Assembly (NCBI GenBank): GCA_030390025.1
Contig: CM059453.1
Coordinates: 7,440,001-7,504,000, forward strand
Origin: Squalus acanthias
Taxonomy: Eukaryota
Length of the DNA: 64,000 nucleotides
Reading direction: 5' to 3'
Shown here: piece by piece, positions 60,518 through 64,000 of the stretch
Layout: each line of letters starts with the position of its first letter
How positions within the stretch are numbered: the stretch's first letter is position 1
The notes under the pieces: generated by a model
Seen by the model: only the letters and a program-made list of their open reading frames with translations
What the model was told of the DNA's origin: nothing
The model's database searches: none
Translations under genes and position numbers: made by a program

Positions 60518-63500
60518 TGCCTCTCATAATGTTGACAGAAGGTACATTTCTGAATTTTTTTTACAATTTCTGCAACTGATTTATATCTTGTGGGAAAGGA
60601 ACAGCATAATAACGAATATGAATGATTTTTTTGTTATTCATTTCAGAACTTGTGAAATAGGAATTTCATGATTGTTTAACACGTGCGTTGTTGTTGTATT
60701 ATAGCGTATACAGCCTATTCAAATAATATTTAAATATAGGAATTTTCAACTTATTTTTATTGTAAAGCACATTTAATAAAATTTACTTCATATTGATTGA
60801 GTGATTTAAAGGAGATTCATCCGATGTTTAATATTTATTTTGATCAATATTTTAATATCTATTCAATGAGAATTTTTATTGGGCGTTCGCTTACTTGTTA
60901 GTGGATATGTATTCGTTTTTTAGATGAGTATTAAATATGTTGTTTATGTATATTACCGGTTCATAAATCTCCCATCAAATAGGTATTCCTATGGCCATTT
61001 CCATAGGTGTTGTGATTGGAAATGATTCAGTATTTTTTCTTGATTTTTAAAAGACTGATATTTGAATTGCTATTGTGATGGGCGATTATTTGTCAATTAA
61101 CAAATACTTTAATGGATTATAAAGATGCTGAAATGCATTTTCAATGACTAATTAAAGGGTGTCTAATTTATTTTTCTCAGTTGTTTTTAGTGCTGAATTC
61201 TCTGTGATGATACCAAAAGCTGTGTCGGCGGTGGCCGGTTCATGTGCAGAGATCCGGTGTACGTTTGATTATCCAGACTATCGGAGAATCGGTGATGTGA
61301 CGTGGTTAAAGAGGGAACATGCTCCTGGTATCCCTGGCTTCTCCATTATCTATGATTCTAAAGATCCATACAAGCAGCATTATAACTATCGTGGAAGAGC
61401 TGAGTTCAAGTGTAACATTGAAAAGAATCAATGTTCCCTCCTGCTAAAGGATATCAGGAAGAGTGATGAGGGTACATACGAACTCAGCTTCGAGTTCTCT
61501 TCGGCCTGGTATATTAATGGACGTCGCAATCAGCGTCCTCACGTATTTCTTTCTGTTTTAGGTGAGTTTTCCCTTTGTTCCTTTTGTACATTTTCACTCC
61601 AGTGCTTCAGTATGAATCAACGTATGTGCAAAGTGGGCAAATATTATAATATCCCTGACGGATCTCAAAGGGTAGTTGAAACAAAGGGTGCAGGGATACT
61701 GATAAGGGTCGCAGATGTCTGATATCCTAAACACAGAAGTATATAGAAATTACAGCAGTAAAACAGGCCGTTTGGCCCAGACAGTCCGTGTTGCTGTTTG
61801 ACCTTCACATGAGCAACACTCCGAATTGCATTTGCCTGCTAAGTTCCCATATCCTTTATTGCAATTCCCTTCCAACACGTGTCGAACCTATTAAGAAATG
61901 TCCACATGAGGATAGATTAGTACTTGCTGACTGAACCTAAAACTGACGTTGTAGGTCGTTCTTCCAATACATAAACCAGCAACTCATTATTTCCAATGAA
62001 ATGAAAGGTAATGAAACTAGGGCGATTGCTAGAATGGGTGACTTATCTGGAATGAGAGTTTTGACCACGGCGGCCATTTCAAATTCTACTTCAGTCTGCT
62101 TCTACCTCCTCTGTCCTGTTGCTTAATAAGTTTAAGCACTTCTGTCAAATCATCCCAAAGTCTGTTTTAGCCTTATAATATCTGCCCCAATTATTAAATA
62201 CTTGCTTGGTGTTTATACATCCTCATACCAGCCAGAAACCACGCGAATCCGCCCTAAATCCTTCCTATAGTCTGGAGCCCAATACCCGCATTCTTACTCC
62301 AACTGTGAACTGACTACTGCTCTCGTTAGAATCTCCACTATTCTCGAATTTATATTATTGATCTCTTGCCATTAAACCAGAGCTCCAGAAACATCTTCAT
62401 ACACTTTCCACTGGAGGTGCCACTTTTACTCTCTCATGAACCTGACCCCAAATTCCTCTGCTGATTCCACATCTCCCAGCTTCCTACGGTTCAAATTAAC
62501 ATCTACCACATCATATTTTCTGACCTTTAATTATATCTGCCCTTTATGTCCCCATTCTACTATATCTCCAGTATCTTTTTGTAACATCGCTTAGGTTTTC
62601 TAGTTATCAACTGGGAGTTGTACTTGCAAGGTTGGCATGGGTTTCAAACTGGCGATATTGGATGCGCCTCTAATTGTACACCCCGCCCAATTTTCATTTT
62701 GATGGAATCCAATTAATTCCTGCCGGGAAATTTTGACATTTTTCTCTTTAGCGCCTTCTCCAAATTATTGATGCACACAGTGAGTAGAAGCAATCCCACA
62801 GGACAACCCTATGGGAAACCGTACTGGGATCCAACTATTCTGAACAACTGCGCTTAACAGCGACTCGCTGCATCGTCCCTTCTAAACAGTTTGTATTGCA
62901 ATTTCTACCTTATCCTTAAATCCAAACCTCTTAATATCTTCTGCAATAATCTCCTCTGTTTACCGTCGGTAATGGCTGCTTGATTACATTTCAAGTTACT
63001 TTTTGGTGAAGCGTCTTTTGACGTCGCGAGGACTTAAAAGGCGTTGAATTAATGCAGTCTTTGTTCGTGCCTTTCCCTATCCAGCGCTCATTTACCCCGC
63101 TTTTAATTAGATCTTAATTAAAAATTAGATATTTCAGTAACGTGAAAATCAGTTCAAGCTATAATTTATTTGTTCATTCAAATCCCACGGCTACAAATAC
63201 TATTTCTGCTGAAGCCTTCTTCAGATTTACACTCAAGGAACCTGCTCTGCTTCTCCCACACACGGTGGTGTTTCCCGTCGTTTGTCTGGTCTGTCTACGT
63301 CTTGAGCATTATCGTTCTATGTTGACGTTTCTTGACAACAGAATCGAGATTTCTCTGGGTCTGCATTAATCACCATCACATAGGCAATTGCTGGTGCAGA
63401 ACAAGGTATACGAGAGGATGAAATATTCGTGACATTTGAGGAGTTAACGTTAATTCTAAGTCCAGCGTGCAAAATTTGTTCACTGGACAATATCCATGAT

Positions 63501-64000
63501 ACAAATAATTTGGATATATAACCTCGACTAATGGTTATTTAACTGGGCCCTTTTGTTACCCGATGAGGCATAAAACTGCATTACAACTTCGAGGAGTAAT
63601 TCAGAATGGTGACACACTTGCAACACGTGGCAGAGAAGAATGAACAAAATGTGATTTTCTTGTTATTTCATTCTCAGATTTAGTTGTAAGCCCATTTTAA
63701 TCTGAAATGTACCTAACAAGCTGGTTTTCTCCCGTTTTTATAGAAAAGCCAGAGATTTCACGTTATGGGGAATTGATCGCTGGACAAACTGCACGATTGA
63801 ACTGTTCCGTCACGCACAACTGCCCGGATGGCAACCTGAAACTGAAGTGGATTAATTACAATGTGTCCCGTTCTACCGCAATGGATACTCAAGATGGAGC
63901 AGAAATTAGCAATGAAAGTTCAGGTTCTCGGACAGTTTCATCCGTGATCACCTTTACACCATCATCTGCTCATGACGGGAAAATTCTGGGATGCACAATT
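60499..64000 (+). CDS. Siglec-like gene B, unit 2, partial (exons 60499-60541, 61181-61561, 63744-beyond 64000)
   Basis: Open leader, V-set and C2 exons with canonical splice sites. Confidence 0.88.

Larger units (their letters stand above)
38731..64000. repeat. Tandem segmental duplication, unit 2 (truncated by window end)
   Basis: Same order of MITEs, tRNA-like sequence, gap, PLE fragments, SINEs and Siglec-like exons as unit 1. Lacks the 9742-11972 insertion. Confidence 0.97.

Overview
This is eukaryotic vertebrate genomic DNA. The repeat content (CR1 LINEs, Neptune-type Penelope elements, Deu-domain SINEs, a Tx1 fragment) points to a cartilaginous fish, which is an inference. The window holds about 1.7 copies of a tandem unit: position 1 recurs at 38731, the offset is about 38.7 kb, and it drops to about 36.5 kb after a copy-1-specific insertion. 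Each unit carries a head-to-head pair of Siglec/MAG/CD22-like Ig-superfamily genes. Gene A (minus strand; leader, V-set and two Ig exons) has a +1 frameshift and a premature stop in both units, and I found no TM exon for it. Gene B (plus strand; 8 exons at 23979-37767) encodes leader, V, C2, Ig3, MAG-like Ig4, TM and a tail with three tyrosine motifs (VIYSTV, IAYATV, SEYAAI). Only its phase-symmetric Ig3 exon has stops, so skipping that exon would give an open 455-aa receptor. Both V domains lack the Siglec sialic-acid-binding Arg. Copy 1 also has a young Penelope-like retroelement with an uninterrupted RT plus GIY-YIG frame and an intact minimal hammerhead ribozyme, and copy 2 shows its empty site. 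Each unit also has a tRNA-Asp-derived sequence with a GTT anticodon that runs into an N gap at the same base, plus a family of hairpin-rich, partly nested non-autonomous TIR elements. All exon calls and counts were made by eye without database searches.
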